A stretch of DNA of 64,000 bases from Takakia lepidozioides. Lineage: Eukaryota > Plantae > Bryophyta. A program made the translations under genes and the position numbers. Location of the stretch: NCBI GenBank assembly GCA_030704615.1, contig CM060731.1, positions 84,320,001-84,384,000 on the forward strand, in the 5' to 3' direction. Below are positions 21,936 to 34,790 of this stretch, in pieces (the first letter of the stretch is position 1; the number at the start of each line of letters is the position of its first letter). The notes under the pieces are model-generated. The model made no database searches and was not told where the DNA came from. It worked only from the letters and a program-made list of their open reading frames with translations.

Positions 21936-24900
21936 ATGTCCAAGGACAGAGATAGACTAGCACGATTTCATTCCAATGCAGGTAGTCTTCCAATGACTGC
22001 CACTGCAGACGACGATGGGTTTGCAGTTGTTCATGAGGATGAGCTGGTTACAGTGTTCCCACTGGAATTGGGTTCTCTGCTTGTTCAAAAGGAGGTGTAT
22101 GACGAGGATGGGAATTTGGATTCTGGACATTTGGAGAAACCATTGGTTGGCGAGTGTGGAAGGAAGTGGAGAGTCCTTCCAGGCACATACCGTGTCCTTG
22201 GAAAAGAGAGAAGACAATCAGCAGGATCAGTCATTACCCCTGGAACTGCAGCATCGGTCGTGCAGCAGAAGGGCACAGTTCATGTGAAAAAAGAGGTGAG
22301 CACATCCACTACATTCGTGACTCTTTCAGACTCGTCCTCGGAGGATGTTTCTGAGATTCCTCCGCCAGTGCAGACTCCATTCTTGGATGAATCCGAATTG
22401 CAAGAGATAACGAGTGTCATTCCAAAATTGAAAGCCCTCGCAGGGGTGCCTGGGTGCAAGAGCGAGCTGCGTTTTGTTGATTGGGAGTCCCTTCGTGTGC
22501 AGCGGGTTCAATACGTGCCAGCAGAGTTTGATGGGGACATCTTGTTTGAGCTCAACCCTCCCACGTCTTCCAATGGACTGGCTGGGCTTCTGCAGGGCAT
22601 GGACAAGAAACATGACGGACACCCTTGGTGCAGGACAAAAACGTCAAACATCCACAACGACATTGGATTGAAATTTCGAAGGTCGGTTTGCGTTGGGCAT
22701 TGCAAGTGCCTGAATATAACTTGCCCTCGCCTGAGAAACAGCGCTCAACCAAACGAGAGTGAGTGGGAAGGTGTGCCATTGAATCCTTTCACCCCAGGAC
22801 TTGCCCCTCCCAAGACCAATACTTTTGTGTGCAGGTTCTGCAAACTTTCCCCGTCCTGTGTTTCTGTGTGCCACGCTCGTATGTACCAGGTGGCACACCG
22901 GTGCAAAACAATGACTCGTGCCTGCATTCATATGGGTGCACACGAGCATCCTGTGTCCAAAGGAAGTTGCAGGGATAGCGTGGACATCGCTAGAAATCTG
23001 CTGAAGCAGGAGTTCCACAATGCCCCTTCTGCAACACCTTCTGCTATAGCGCTTGCAGCTAGCAAGGCTTTCCTGGAAAAACACATATTGGGTGAAGGGG
23101 ATTCGACACAGCCAATGCTGGATGCAGATTCGCTTGATGCAGTGATGGACCATTTCTCCGTGTTGAGCTCTCCCAATATTCGAAACCAGGTGAATGCACT
23201 CAGAGTCGGCACAGGCAATGCTGGATTCATGGACAACATTATGGACCTCAAACGGAGAAGTCGCTATGAATTCATTCAAAACAGTATCTTCCCTGGCGCT
23301 CATCCAAGGTTTATTTGTTCAAGATGTCCGCAGTGGGCGAAGGCAGTGGTGTTAGCATTGTCCGCCGAATGCAACCTGGAGGAGATTTGGCTAAATGTTG
23401 GTTGATGTTTGATCACTGCAAACGGGTGAAGGGTTGGACAACCATGGCGTGCCATGTGTATGATCCAGCGTACCAACGTGTGCTCTCAATAGCAATTTGT
23501 GATATGCAGTCGGAGGACACTGAATCCCAGATGCTCATGTGGAATTCGCTCCTGGCCGTCATGCAGTGCAACGAAATACAGAAGACAAATTTTGCGGGCT
23601 TCATGGCTGATAGTGCACAGGCAAATTTCAATGCAGTGCGGCGCGTGTTTGGTTCGGGGGATCCTAAGGTCCCAATGGAAAATAGGGAGCGCACATGCCT
23701 CTTCCATTGGAGTCAATCTCTGGCACGTCATACAAAGCGCTGCATTTGCCCTGACCTTCAGTTGGAGCACAGAAGGCTCTGTCTCAAGTACAAAAATGCC
23801 AAATCAATGGGAGAAGCTGAGAGCACTTACCAAGCAATCCGGGCTTGGTGGTTCTCCTCTGGTGCTGCTACTGGTATCCACCTGAAGGAGTTGGAGGACT
23901 GGTTGGTTTTCTGGCACTTCAGATACAGACAGTGGGGAGCTTTCATGATGACGGTAAGCCTCTCGAATCCCAAAATCAGAAATTTTGCAACATGCCTCTT
24001 CATTTGGGGTTCTTGGATTGTCGCTTGAAGAACCTCTTCCATTTCCTTTCCTTCCTCACATTTCCATGCAATGCCTTGTGCAGGAAATGTCCTTGGAGGA
24101 CTTGGCCGACATGCCATCCTGTAATTTGGCGGAGACTGTTCATAACGCCTGGATGCAGCAATCTACCAAAGCAGGTCGTGACTTGTATGTGGCCACTGCT
24201 GATGACATGGTGCGGGCACTCACACAACAAACCAGGTACCGCAATTTTCTGATGGGACGGGGTGGAGGCAAGGGCCCCGGTTCGACTTTGTTGATGCTAA
24301 GGGCTGCGAGTAGGTCTGGAGACCCATCCAAGATGGCCAAAGCTCTGAACAGGTGCACTGAAGGCTCCCCATTGCAATCTAGGCTCCCTCATTTGGAAGG
24401 CGAGGAAAGATTTGGATCATGCAAAAGGAAATTGAACACTCTTCCAGGTTCAGATGGAGATTCCCATCGCCCAGACAGGGTCAATTTCTCTGTGCCAAAG
24501 GTGTCTCCAGTGCAGACTAAGTCCTGTGCCGGCCCCTTCCCAGGTGGGTCCTCCTCCTGTGGAGCAGGTGCAGAACATGCAAGCACAGCAGCAGGAATCC
24601 CATTGGAGGAGGTGGTGGCCATGGTGCAGGAATCTGATTGCATTGATAGTGAGTGGCATATAGAACGCACCCCACCAGGATCTAGAGTTGCTTGCATGGC
24701 AATTCGGAACCCCTCTTTCAAGAAATGCAAATCAAAAATATGCAAAGGCTCCAGGGGGACTCCAGCTCCAACATTCACAGGGTTGTTCCGACCTTGGGGA
24801 GTCAAAGGACCACAAGTTCTGGTTCTGCCCAGACGATATGGCACGATGTGTCAAGGGAACAATTCGTCCTTCGGTGATAATGAAACCCCCTCCCCCCGCA

Positions 24901-25488
24901 ATTTGGCCTGTGAAACTTGGGACGTCGCTGTCAACAACCGAGATAAGCATGCTGGAGGAGGGAGGGTTTTGTCTTGCACGATCCCGAGTGGTGCCCTTGT
25001 GCACTGTCGGCACAGATGTGCCACAAGCTCCGGCAATGCCTCCACCCGGTGCCGACTCCCACCCAACAAAAAGAGATGGAAAAACAGTGCGACGTGTCGC
25101 TTCGGGTGCAGATCACGAATGCAAGATGGAATCGGCTAGAATTTTGCAGGCTCGGGTGGCTCGTATCACCGAAGTCCCTGCCCCGGGGTATGGACGGATT
25201 TACACAGTGCTGTCTATTGGCTCAGTTCTTCATGGCAAAGAATATCAGGTTACCGTGGGGAATTTCCCTACTTGCACTTGTCCGGATTTTGTAACGATGC
25301 GTGAGGGCGCTCTCGGCATGAGAGGGAAGTGGGTCCCCTGCAAGCATCAATATTACATATACCTTGTAATTATGTGTTGCGACGGTAAGAGAGACCATCT
25401 CATTCACCAAGCCACACTAGGCTACGGAGAAGTCATCACCCTTCTGCAGCGGGACACCTCACGTAGGGCTCAGCCAAATTCTCTTTGA
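21936..25488 (+). CDS. MULE/Mutator-type DDE transposase with Cys-rich N-terminal region and C-terminal SWIM zinc finger (two apparent frameshifts, one intron)
   Basis: WLMFDH (D1), FMADSAQANFNAVRRVF (D2), CLFHW (CxxH) and, after the GT-AG intron 23954-24083, SCNLAETVHN (E). SWIM CTCPDF...PCKH at ~25270-25350. Frame changes near 23300 and 24800. Confidence 0.85.
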
Positions 25489-25906
25489 ACACATACGAGC
25501 CATGCCCACTTCCCATACTGGTTTCAAGGTTGCCGTGTGAAGACTTTGCATTTAGGACAAACACATACATTTCGTTCACGGAACCAGGGCAAATGCACAT
25601 GCCATTCATTGTAAGCGTCTATCTGTGAATTGAAATAGAGTGTGTCAATCATTCTGAGCTCTATTCTGCCATATTTTCATATTACTCTTTTTGTGCAGGC
25701 ATTGTAGACATGGTGCATGGTGGCCCCCTTTGTTTTGTCCACGGTAATAGGCCCTCTTCTTGCAATCCTCGCCTATAGGACGTGCTTCTCCAGCAAATTT
25801 GTGCCGCTCACGCTTCCTTGAAGCGTGAGCTCAGCTCACGCTTTGCAGCTACAACGTGAGCTTAGCTCCCAGGCTCACGGGGCTGGGCTCACGCCGTAGC
25901 TACGCT

Positions 25907-27885
25907 GCTCAACCGGTAGGGCGCCTTGGCAGGCGGTTTCGATCCCGGTATCACCTCAATCTTGTGGTCAACTCCTCTTCGCGGTGGCAAGCCGCTTGGT
26001 AAATCCTCCGGCATCACATCTTGGTATTTCTCCAAAATCCCCTTGATCCAATCTGGGCTTGGCTCCCCATCGCCTTCTCCCTTCACTTCTCTAATGTAGA
26101 GCAAAAACTGGGGCTCGTGTGCCTCCTCCACGGCCCACTCCCTTGCTGACAGAAGGTTTATTCGCCCTCCCACGGGTTTGGGCGTTTCCGACACTCGTAA
26201 GACCTCGCCACCATTCCCACATGGCAGCGTGACTACTCTCTTGCGGCCATCTATGACCGCTCCTGATTTGCTCAAAAAGGTCATCCCTAAAATGAGATCC
26301 ACTCCATCGATCTCGCAGATGGTGAAGTTCTCACGTCCCTCCCAACTCCCCAGTTGAAGAGGAACATCACACGCCAAACTTGTCGCCAATTGCGGTTCTC
26401 CTTTGGCAGAACGCACCTCAATAGAGACCCCCACGTTACTTGTCGGGAGTCCCAGCTTTTGTGCCATTGCCGGTGTCATGAAGGAGTGCAACGCTCCTGT
26501 GTCCACCAACAACGATACGTTAGTTTCGGATATTATCCCATCCACGATCAATAACTGACTCCCTTTACGTAAGGCATCAGTTTCCTGATACAACTCACAA
26601 GAAAATTTGCCTACCTTGCAAGTCATGGCGACCACCGCTTCCACCAAGCGGCTGATGGTATCTTCCGACAGCTCTGTGGTCGCCCGAGTCATGTTCAATT
26701 GTCGGGGCTTCGTGCACTTCTTGGCCATGTGCCCGGGCTCCCCGCAATTGAAATACACTCCATCAAAGGTCGCCTTCTGTCCGCCATAGGCTGCTCCACC
26801 CGCTTTTCCTTTCGAAGCACCGGGTGCCGCCTTGACTTGTAAAGGCCCTCCCTTTGATTTCCACGTGCCATTGTCGCCGCGTGGCCTATCCCACTTCTTC
26901 TCCGGTCGGAAGGAGTCACCTTCCCGCCGGGTCTTCTTGTGGTTCAGCTCCGTACGGCCTTGTCTTTCACCCTTAGGGACATCCGAGAAACATTCAGCCC
27001 TCTCAATTGCCTCGTTCAAAGTCTTAGGTGGCTTCTCCTCCAACTTCCGTCTGGCCCATGGGGCCAGTCCCGCCACAAAGTTGAAGACCATTTCTGGTTC
27101 TGCCATGTCCACGACTTCGAGCAACAACACATTGAAAGCTTGGACATATCCCCGAGTGTCATCTGTTTGCTTCAAATTCCTCATCTTGTCCCGGGTGAGC
27201 GAGGACGCGTTGAGGGGCACAAACTGCCTCTTCATCAATTCCTTGAACCCACTCCAGTTCAAGGTTTCCGGGCTTGGACCTCGGTCGTGAAGGCGTTTCT
27301 GCCACCATTGTTGAGCATAGCCCCTCAAATAGGTGGGATTTTCATCAATTCCTTGAACCCACTCCAATTCAAGGTTTCCGGGCTTGGACCTCGGTCGTGA
27401 AGGCATTTCTGCCACCATTGTTGAGCATAGCCCCTCAAATAGGTGGGAGCCACTTCCACCCGGTCCTCGTCACTCAACTTGGCCGCCCGGAAGTACTGCT
27501 CTAGCTCCAGGAGCCAGGTGTTGAGTGCCTTCCGATTTTGGACGCCCTCGAAGGTGCCGGGTTCCTTAGGCTTCACCTTAAATTTTGCCTTAGTGGAAGT
27601 GGCATTAGCCGTCTTCAACACGTCTTTCAACGTCCCGCCAAATTGCGCCAACAACCCTTCCCAAAAGGCTGTCGGCATGGGAGGCATCTGTTGTCGGTCG
27701 GAGCTCTCAAGGATCCTCGGCCTCCGACTCCTCAGATTCCTCCCGCTCTTGAGCGCCCCTCGTTTTCGGAGACATGGCATCGCTTCCTCAAACGGCCGCC
27801 TCGGTGACACGTCGCCCCATCGGGCTCACAGGGATCATCATCTTTTTGGGCCATTCCGCTTTCGCTTTGGCTTGCCCGACCCCAT
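25907..27885 (-). pseudogene. gag: Gypsy gag-protease of copy 2, interrupted by a 110-bp tandem duplication
   Basis: ORFs 27325-27810 and 25889-27418 give the gag capsid region (LRGYAQQWW), knuckle YFNCGEPGHMAKKC and protease LVDTGA. 27231-27338 is duplicated at 27341-27448. Confidence 0.92.
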
Positions 27886-27926
27886 GATGAGGCCAATCCC
27901 AAGGACGATCACGTACTGAACTCTAA

Positions 27927-27938
27927 GCTCTGATACCA
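27927..27938 (-). promoter_or_regulatory. Primer-binding site for initiator tRNA-Met
   Basis: TGGTATCAGAGC on the minus strand, 2 nt from the LTR end; the same site occurs at 37200-37211 (+). Confidence 0.9.
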
Positions 27939-27940
27939 AG

Positions 27941-28756
27941 TGTCGCGCACCTCACTTTGGTAAGCTCCCCTTCAGGTCATAGTTGCTAGCTTGATGCGCG
28001 CGCCTAACTCCCAACCTGGCCGCCGGACCAACTTGAAGCTTCGGCTGCTCACCGGGGATAACGGTCCCCTTTGAACTCCCAAGAACCCTCCACCGATTTG
28101 GAACCAGCGGGAATTCCCTTTGGTAGTTGGCCGGACCAACTTGGAGCTTCGGCTGCTCACCGGGGCATAACGGTCCCCCTTTGAACTCCCAAAGAACCCT
28201 CCACCGATTTGGAACCAGCGGGAATTCCCTTTGGTAGTTGGCAGTCCGGAACAGCTCCCCACTCTTTGGTCGCTTTCCGGCTCGCTCGCTTACTCACTAG
28301 TTTTTGGTCACCAACGGGCTTGCACCATTCTCGGGGTTACTACTCCCTATATATACTTCTGTAGCTGTCCGCGGGGGTTTCACAACCACCAGCCATGCCA
28401 TTTTATGGCGAACCACCACGAAAACCCTCGACTTCCGGTGATGAGTCGCGGTGAGTCTTGGCCCACTCACCACGGCCCCTATGGACCGCGATGAGTCCCA
28501 AGACTCCCCACGACTCCCACCACGAGGTCTCCGCCCCCATGGTGAGTCCTATGCCACCCCCACTAAGTCCCGCTAAGCTACCACCACCCCTTGTGGAGCC
28601 ACCCCCACCGCAACCTGGTGTGCGGGGCTCCACCTAGTGAGCGCCTCCGAAGGGTGCTTCAGCCCCCCCCCATACCATCGTGCCGCTGCACCACCACAGG
28701 GGCCAGCCCCTTCCATGTGTCCCGACCCCCTGCCTTCAAGGCAAAGGGCCGCGACA
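27941..28756 (-). repeat. 5' LTR (subtype A) with an internal ~108-bp tandem duplication
   Basis: TGTCGCG...CGCGACA boundaries; ~28024-28131 is repeated at ~28132-28240. Confidence 0.92.
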
Positions 28757-29149
28757 TTCGGAGCCCACAACCCGAGCTGCCTATCAATTGTCTTGCTCGC
28801 AATTAGATGCGTGTCATTGTAATTTCAAAAATAGTGCCATATGGGTTACAATTGAAAAAAATGTCCCAAGGGGGTCCAACCCGCAGTCGCCAACACGACT
28901 GAAAAGTTCATTAATATTATAAAAAAAATGTTTTTCCTGATTTTTGGAAATCAGCCTATAAATCGGCGTGAAACCCGCAGTTCACTTTTGCGACTTGTAT
29001 ACTCCATCCTTTATGCCAGCGTGGCATAAAAATGACTGCGACGACTGGCAAGTCGTCATTCACAACCTGGAGTCCCACGCGCAGTCGTTTCGGACAGAAT
29101 CGCAACCGCGAGTCGGGTGCGAAAAACACCTATTCCTTGTAGTGAGACA

Positions 29150-30322
29150 AACCACCGAGTTTGAGTCCAATTGGGTTGCACATGGATTCCGGTGGCTCTA
29201 ACAACGGGCATAGTGAAGAAGAGAAGTTTGACTTCCATAATCCTGAGCAAACCCGTGGTGACCCAGCCATTCCCATTTGTCGAACGGGACGTCACTCGCT
29301 CTCATGGAGAATGAGAAGGAACCCACTCATCTTTCCGGGAAGTGCTGTGCTATGAAGGTTGATACGAATGAGAGATGCAATGAGATGATTCATCGCAATC
29401 CCTTGGTAGCAGTTCCAGCGCCAATGTTCACAGGAAGGTTTGTTCGCTCCAAGTTTGTCGATGTGAACTTCAAGAACTTCTGGTTCTGTAAGGATAATAT
29501 CATGACTTGTGTTAAGGGGAAACCGAAATATATGGCATAGAGGAGATGCCAAATCCCCCGTGAAAATGGCTGTGCTAAAGGAGACTAACCTCACACAGGA
29601 TGAGGTTGATGCCTCACTGCAACACATTTTAACATGGTGGACCGAGAACTAAACCATAGGCTAGGGGGTGTACTAAGGCTAGGGTCTTCGGTTTCATGAA
29701 ACTTTGCACTTTATTTTGGAGCCTGTGCCGAGGTGTTTAGATATTTTGTTCGTTTGACCGTGGCCCAGTACCATTTTTGGTTTGTTTTTTCATTCTGTAT
29801 GCCATGCCATGTATTTGCCTAACTTACCCCAAACAATATTCCATCCGCGACTCCGAAATTGCTTCCCGTGGTGGGTGTGGACATGCATCTGTTCTCCTAT
29901 AACTGTGTTTTTTTTCCACATATTCAAGTTTCGTGAGTTCCCCTGTTCACCTATAACTGGGTATTTATTCCAATATCGGGTATGCTCATGCAAGTGTTTT
30001 CACGGTTATAGGCATTGTACTTAACGGTCATACTGCATGTAATTCCGCCGATATGGGGGTCAGCCTTCCATATCGATGCATTTATGCCCACAAACTGCAG
30101 AAGAATCTATGCTTGGACATGTCAAACCCAACATTGTTTCATTACAGTTGTCGCAAATATTGCATATAATTATATTATATTATTTTTAATAATTATATGA
30201 ATAAGATATTATTTTCCCGTACACTGCCGTTATTGGGAGATTCTTGCTGGTCAGTGCATGAAACCTGAGTGCGTTACTGCTCCGCTCATGCTCATGCTCA
30301 TGGGCTCATGGAATAGCAAACC
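29150..30322 (+). mobile_element. Degenerate relic of a related MULE: transposase C-terminal fragment and right end
   Basis: PAPMFTG...FWFCKDNIMTCVKG (29410-29520) parallels PAPTFTG...FWFCPDDMARCVKG of the 21936-25488 protein. GCTCAT repeats and the terminus GGGCTCATGGAATAGCAAACC lie at 30284-30322. Confidence 0.7.
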
Positions 30323-30494
30323 TCACAACCACACTGTCTTATGACTCTGGTGTTTCACCAATTTTCCAGCATGAGGGTAGAGATGGTGATGGGGAGCCTG
30401 GCACACATTTAGTGCGATACATCGGCATTTTGAAGGAAATCCTTGAGATAAAGCAGGGGGGCACAGGGGTCGTTGTCTTCCTTTGTTCATAGGT

Positions 30495-30720
30495 GCGAGC
30501 ACGCCCATTGGGACGCTATCCAAGTGGCATGAAGCAAGATGAGCTTGGGTTCACTTTGGTAAATTTTGCTCAAATTTTGCTCAAATTTTGCCACCACATG
30601 AACAACCCTTTGTGCTCCCCTCACATGTTGAGCAAGTGTTCTTCTCAGAGTGTGCAAAAGAACCTAGATGGAAGGTGGTCTTGGAAAAGAACACCCGAGC
30701 TCGTAGAATTGTATGTGATG
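30495..30720 (+). pseudogene. CACTA transposase C-terminal (DUF4216-like) fragment
   Basis: GMKQDELGFTLVNF followed by EQPFVLPSHVEQVFFSECAKEPRWKVVL, the typical 'GFT.Vn...EPFvL.sq..QVFy......W.VV' pattern. Confidence 0.7.
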
Positions 30721-31137
30721 TAAGTATTGTTAATGATGATACTGCTTCGATCCTTGGCTTGCATGTCCTTGTTCAGATCAAGAGACCTCAAGTATGGATG
30801 ACCCTATGGAGGGGGAGGGCGTTGAAGTTACAGCAGAGGAGCATGCTGTACTATACCAAGTAATTGGAGGAAGGATGGGGGGGGGGGGGGGGGGGGGGGG
30901 GGGCTGATGTGGGAGATGAGAGTGAAGATGATAGAGAAGAGGCAGATGAAAGCCAGTATGACCTGGATGATATTGATGTCATGTGTGAGTGACGGGTTCC
31001 ATTCTTTAATTGGTTCTTCATAAAGTTGTTTGGGGTCTTATAGCAGTATCACAGGCTGGGAGGTCCATGGAGATATGACAACATTTCATATTCAATGAAA
31101 TTGATTGTAGAAGAAGCTCTCTTGATCCCCTGGTACT

Positions 31138-31730
31138 CACTACAACAAATCCTGGCTTTTAGGTCTGCTATTTTTCAGTTGTATCAGCCTTTTATGATTG
31201 CATGACTGCCTAGTCAGATACACCCAGTCAGTTGTGACAAATGAGTCATAAGCGCCATAGAGTCATAAGCGCCAATCATGGTACTCACTGCTGACGTGGC
31301 AACGGGGATGCCTAATCATAGTCATAGATAAGACCGCAATAAATGACTGCTAATCCATGTCAACGTCACGTGGAACGGAAGGGATATGCCACGTGACCCG
31401 ACAATGGGAAGGCGACAGGTCTTCACGACTGGCATATACGACTTCCGCAGATTAACCCCAAGACAACACGTGAGAAGACTGGACATGACACGTGGCATGA
31501 CAGGGTGAGGAGAGGGGGTCTTCCAAAACTGGCATGTATGACTTCCGCCGATTAACCCTAGGACCACACGTGGAGAATATGGGACATGACACGTGGCATG
31601 ACAATATGGAGCGGGAGGGTCTTTCATGACTGGCATGTATGACTTCGGACGTTTAATCCCAGGTCCACACGTGGAGTCAAAATGTGGGTGGTCGTTATGA
31701 CTGGAATATATGACTTCCATGGCGCACTTT
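31138..31730 (+). mobile_element. CACTA terminus with subterminal ATGACT repeats and ~100-bp tandem subrepeats
   Basis: CACTACAACAAAT at 31138; repeated GACTGGCATGTATGACTTC-like and GACACGTGGCATGACA motifs. Confidence 0.7.
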
Positions 31731-31749
31731 GGATACTAAACGTGGCACG

Positions 31750-34700
31750 AGTATGGGCGAACACGAGGGGTGAAAGTGGCACATGGCGGAGGCTTGCGTC
31801 TGCCAGAGGCCTACCTAGAATCCATACAAAGGAGTTGGAAAGAAGCCACGATTTAGTAGTGATGGTGAGGGGTGGTATGGGATCCATCGCTTTATCAGGG
31901 GTTATCAACAACAGATTCTCACTAGCGTAAGAGTCATGAGATTCAATGTCACTGGGTTTGGAGAGGTAAGTGAGAGTCTAAGTGAGATGGAGTCAATGGA
32001 AAAAGTATAAACTGACATATCAACCGGGGAGAGTTTATCTATAAAAAGAATGGTAAGCTTGTTCTGCAGAATGACTAGACCCCAAGCGTTGGAGGAAGGT
32101 TGTGGAGGACCAAGTGCTAGGGTAGCCAGCCATTGTGGTGGTATTGTTTGAATAATATCCTGATAACCTTTGGAGGCTTGAGGCCTTCCCACCGCACGAG
32201 CCATGGCTTCTTGAGATAAGAGACTATCCCCCGACCATATGTTATGCATTTGTCTGACACCGAGGCAGTCCCATTGGGACCATCTCTTGGCCTGGTTTTT
32301 TTGAGTTGAGGTCAAAGGTATGTCATTGAGGAACAAATGTTGTCTCTTGATTTCATAGAATGTGTTTGGTTGGGCTTTTGTGAGCAGTTTCCTGAGTTTT
32401 CCCCAAGCCAACCAGATATTCGTCCATAGAGAGGAGCCTTTAGACTTGAGGTTAAAGCCTTGTGTGATCCATCGGAAGAAGGGAGTCCAGGTGGTATTTT
32501 TTAGGGGGGAAGAACTGGCAATGTGGTCATAGACCAACACCCCCCTTCTGGTCCAAGAAAACGTGGAATCCATTTCCCGAGGAGGGCCACTATCTGGGTT
32601 TCGGGATCCAGCACGCCTAGCCCTCCTTTTTTCTTTGGTAAACAGATCTGAATCCAAGCTACTTGTGGTCTTTTGTTATGAGAGGAACACTCTGCCCCCC
32701 ATATGAAGTTTCGGAGGAGACGCCTGATTTCTTGTATCTGTCTAGAGTTAGGGTGCCAAGAAGAGGCATAGTACCAAAGACCAGCTGGGTGGATTTGGTT
32801 TGCAACTAAGGCCCTTCCTACGAGTGAGAGATGCTTATATCCCAATAGGTCAGTTTCCTTTTCCATTTGGTTATCATTGAGGCAAATATCTGCTGATCTG
32901 AGAGGTTTATACCGAACGTATATCCTAACAGAGTGGTTGTTTCACCAAGTAGGAGCCATTTGAGACCTTGATCCACCCCCCAAGACGGCGGTGAGCCTAA
33001 AGTGGATGCTGCTGGGTCTCCCACCAGCAGGCCTGAGGTCTTGTTCCAATTAATCTTGAACCCTGAGGATTTACAAAAGGTGTTTAGAGTGTGGCATGCT
33101 TGTTCCAAGTTTTCTCGCGTCGCTTGTAGCATTAAGAAGGTGTCATCAATGAACATAGAGTCCGTCAGGTAGGTGTATTGCCCAGTGATGTAGTTCAAAA
33201 TTCTAAGGCCTTTTATGAATCTGTTTTGCTGCAGCATATAGCCCAAGGTATCCGCCACCACTAGAAATAGAAAGGGTGAGAGGGGACATCCCTGTCTCAC
33301 AGAACGCTGAAGAGGGAAGGAGGTAGACAAGTGTCCATTTACACTAACCCTGCTCGATGAGGAGGTAAGAAGAATCTTTATCCATCTACAAAAGGATTGA
33401 GGGAAGCCCAGTTTTGACGTAGCTGCAAGCAGGTAAGACCACTCTACACGATCGAAAGCCTTTTCAAAATCCAAGAGAAGGAGGGCTATGGCTTGATTGG
33501 TTCTTAAGGCGTAATCTGGGATTTCTTGTGCTAGGAGGAGGTTATCTAAAATATATCTGCCTTTGATAAATCCGGTCTGGTCAGGCCTTATAATGGATGG
33601 TAGAAGAGGCTGAAGTCTAAGTGCCAGAGCCTTGGCTATGATTTTGTAGGCAACGTTCAACAACGGTAATTTGAAATGTTTGTTCTGTCTCCTTTTTTGT
33701 AAAGCAAGGTGATCACCCCTTGAACCATCACTGGGGGCATGTGACCTTGCTGGAATAAATGATTGGCCATTGCTGTAAAATCTCCTGAGATCTCTGGCCA
33801 TAAAGCTTTATAAAATTTCACTGATATACCGCCTATACCAGGTGATTTGTTGTTCTGCATTTTGGATAAAGCTTCTCCCAATTCCAGATCCGAGAAGTCT
33901 CCCTCCAGCTGGGAGGCATATTCAGGAGAAAGCATCGTGGGGGTGTGTAACAAACAGGCTATTTGGTCATGAGAGGGGTCTAGGGAGTTAATGTCGCTAT
34001 GGAAAAGCTGCTGGAAATGTTGACCAGCAAAGTCTGCCATTGATTTAGGAGTAGTGCTGGAGATACCGGATGGTTGGGCAGCAAGTTCAGAGATGGTCTG
34101 GGAAGCTCTCCGTAATCTGGTTTTGTCGAAGAAATATTTTGTCATCTTCTCCCCTTTAGTTGACCAGTTAACACCGGCCTGTAGCTTCCATTTCCTCTCT
34201 TGGATCTTATGGTGAATGTCTAAATTGATTCTGGCTTGGAAATAAGTTCTATACGTGTCTTCATCACATAGTCCGGATTCCAGTCTAGACTGGCAGATTT
34301 TGAGGCATTTAGATAAAGCCATAACTTTTTTTTTCCTGATAACTGCTAACTCCTGGCTCATTTTTTGGCTTTCAGTGTTGACCGCCTTTAGCTTTGCCAA
34401 GAAGAGGTCAGTTGGGTTGAGGTAAGGATTTCTAGCTTGAGACCATGCTTGTGGGAGACCTTGTTTAAAGGAGGGAAGTTTAAGGAGGAGGGAATTGAGC
34501 TTGTATAGGCCTCTGCCTCGTCTGCAGGAACTAGGAGTTGTGATGGAAAGGGCTATTGGGGCATGGTCGAACCCCAAGGGAATGGGTTCTTGAGGGGCTC
34601 TTTTCGAGTATTGTACCATATCCAAGGAAAGGTATGCTCTGTCCAGACGGGCCATACTCAGGTCATTGAGGGATCTGTTGTTGGACCATGTAAATGTGAT

Positions 34701-34790
34701 GTTGGAGGTTTGCCCAAAGACAGGTGCTGCCTCCGTGATGTCCACATTTCCCTGGATTATGCCTGCACGAAGCAAGGCCAACTGCATTCA
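31750..34790 (-). mobile_element. L1-type LINE ORF2 (APE C-terminus + RT), 5'-truncated and frameshifted
   Basis: ARLDRAYL, DHAPI, KSPGIGG, QTGFIKGR, LDFEKAFDRVEW, VRQGCPLSPFLF and F[I]DD across ORFs 33657-34787, 32818-33801, 32501-32866 and 31905-32657. Confidence 0.92.

Larger units (their letters stand above)
11122..25906 (+). mobile_element. Mutator-like (MULE) DNA transposon without long TIRs, carrying a ParB-methyltransferase-like cargo gene and a palindrome satellite
   Basis: Flanked by the direct repeat GCTCAACC(GG) (11114-11121/23 and 25907-25914/16), which is single-copy in uninterrupted Gypsy copy 1 (~4259). The ends share an inverted GCTA-N4-GTGAGCCC and clustered GTGAGC/GCTCAC motifs. 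Encodes a DDE/SWIM transposase. Confidence 0.9.
6925..28756 (-). mobile_element. Ty3/Gypsy chromovirus copy 2 (3' LTR 6925-7652, 5' LTR 27941-28756), split by a 14.8-kb DNA transposon
   Basis: Both LTRs are bounded by TGTCGCG...CGCGACA and a tRNA-Met PBS is present. The pol sequence broken at 11121 resumes at 25907. No matching TSD (ggtcg vs ttcgg). Confidence 0.9.

Noticed and set aside
21936-25488. Zisupton/KDZ assignment (SWIM finger, possible 8-bp TSD)
   Set aside because: The core motifs (D...D-x-NAV..VF, CLFH, N.AE..HN) fit the Mutator/IS256 pattern better. TSD length is ambiguous because of the G run, so a profile search is still needed.
30876-30903. Long poly-G tract as a G-quadruplex element (also poly-C near 56267)
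   Set aside because: Simple homopolymers in decayed TE sequence, whose length is unreliable.
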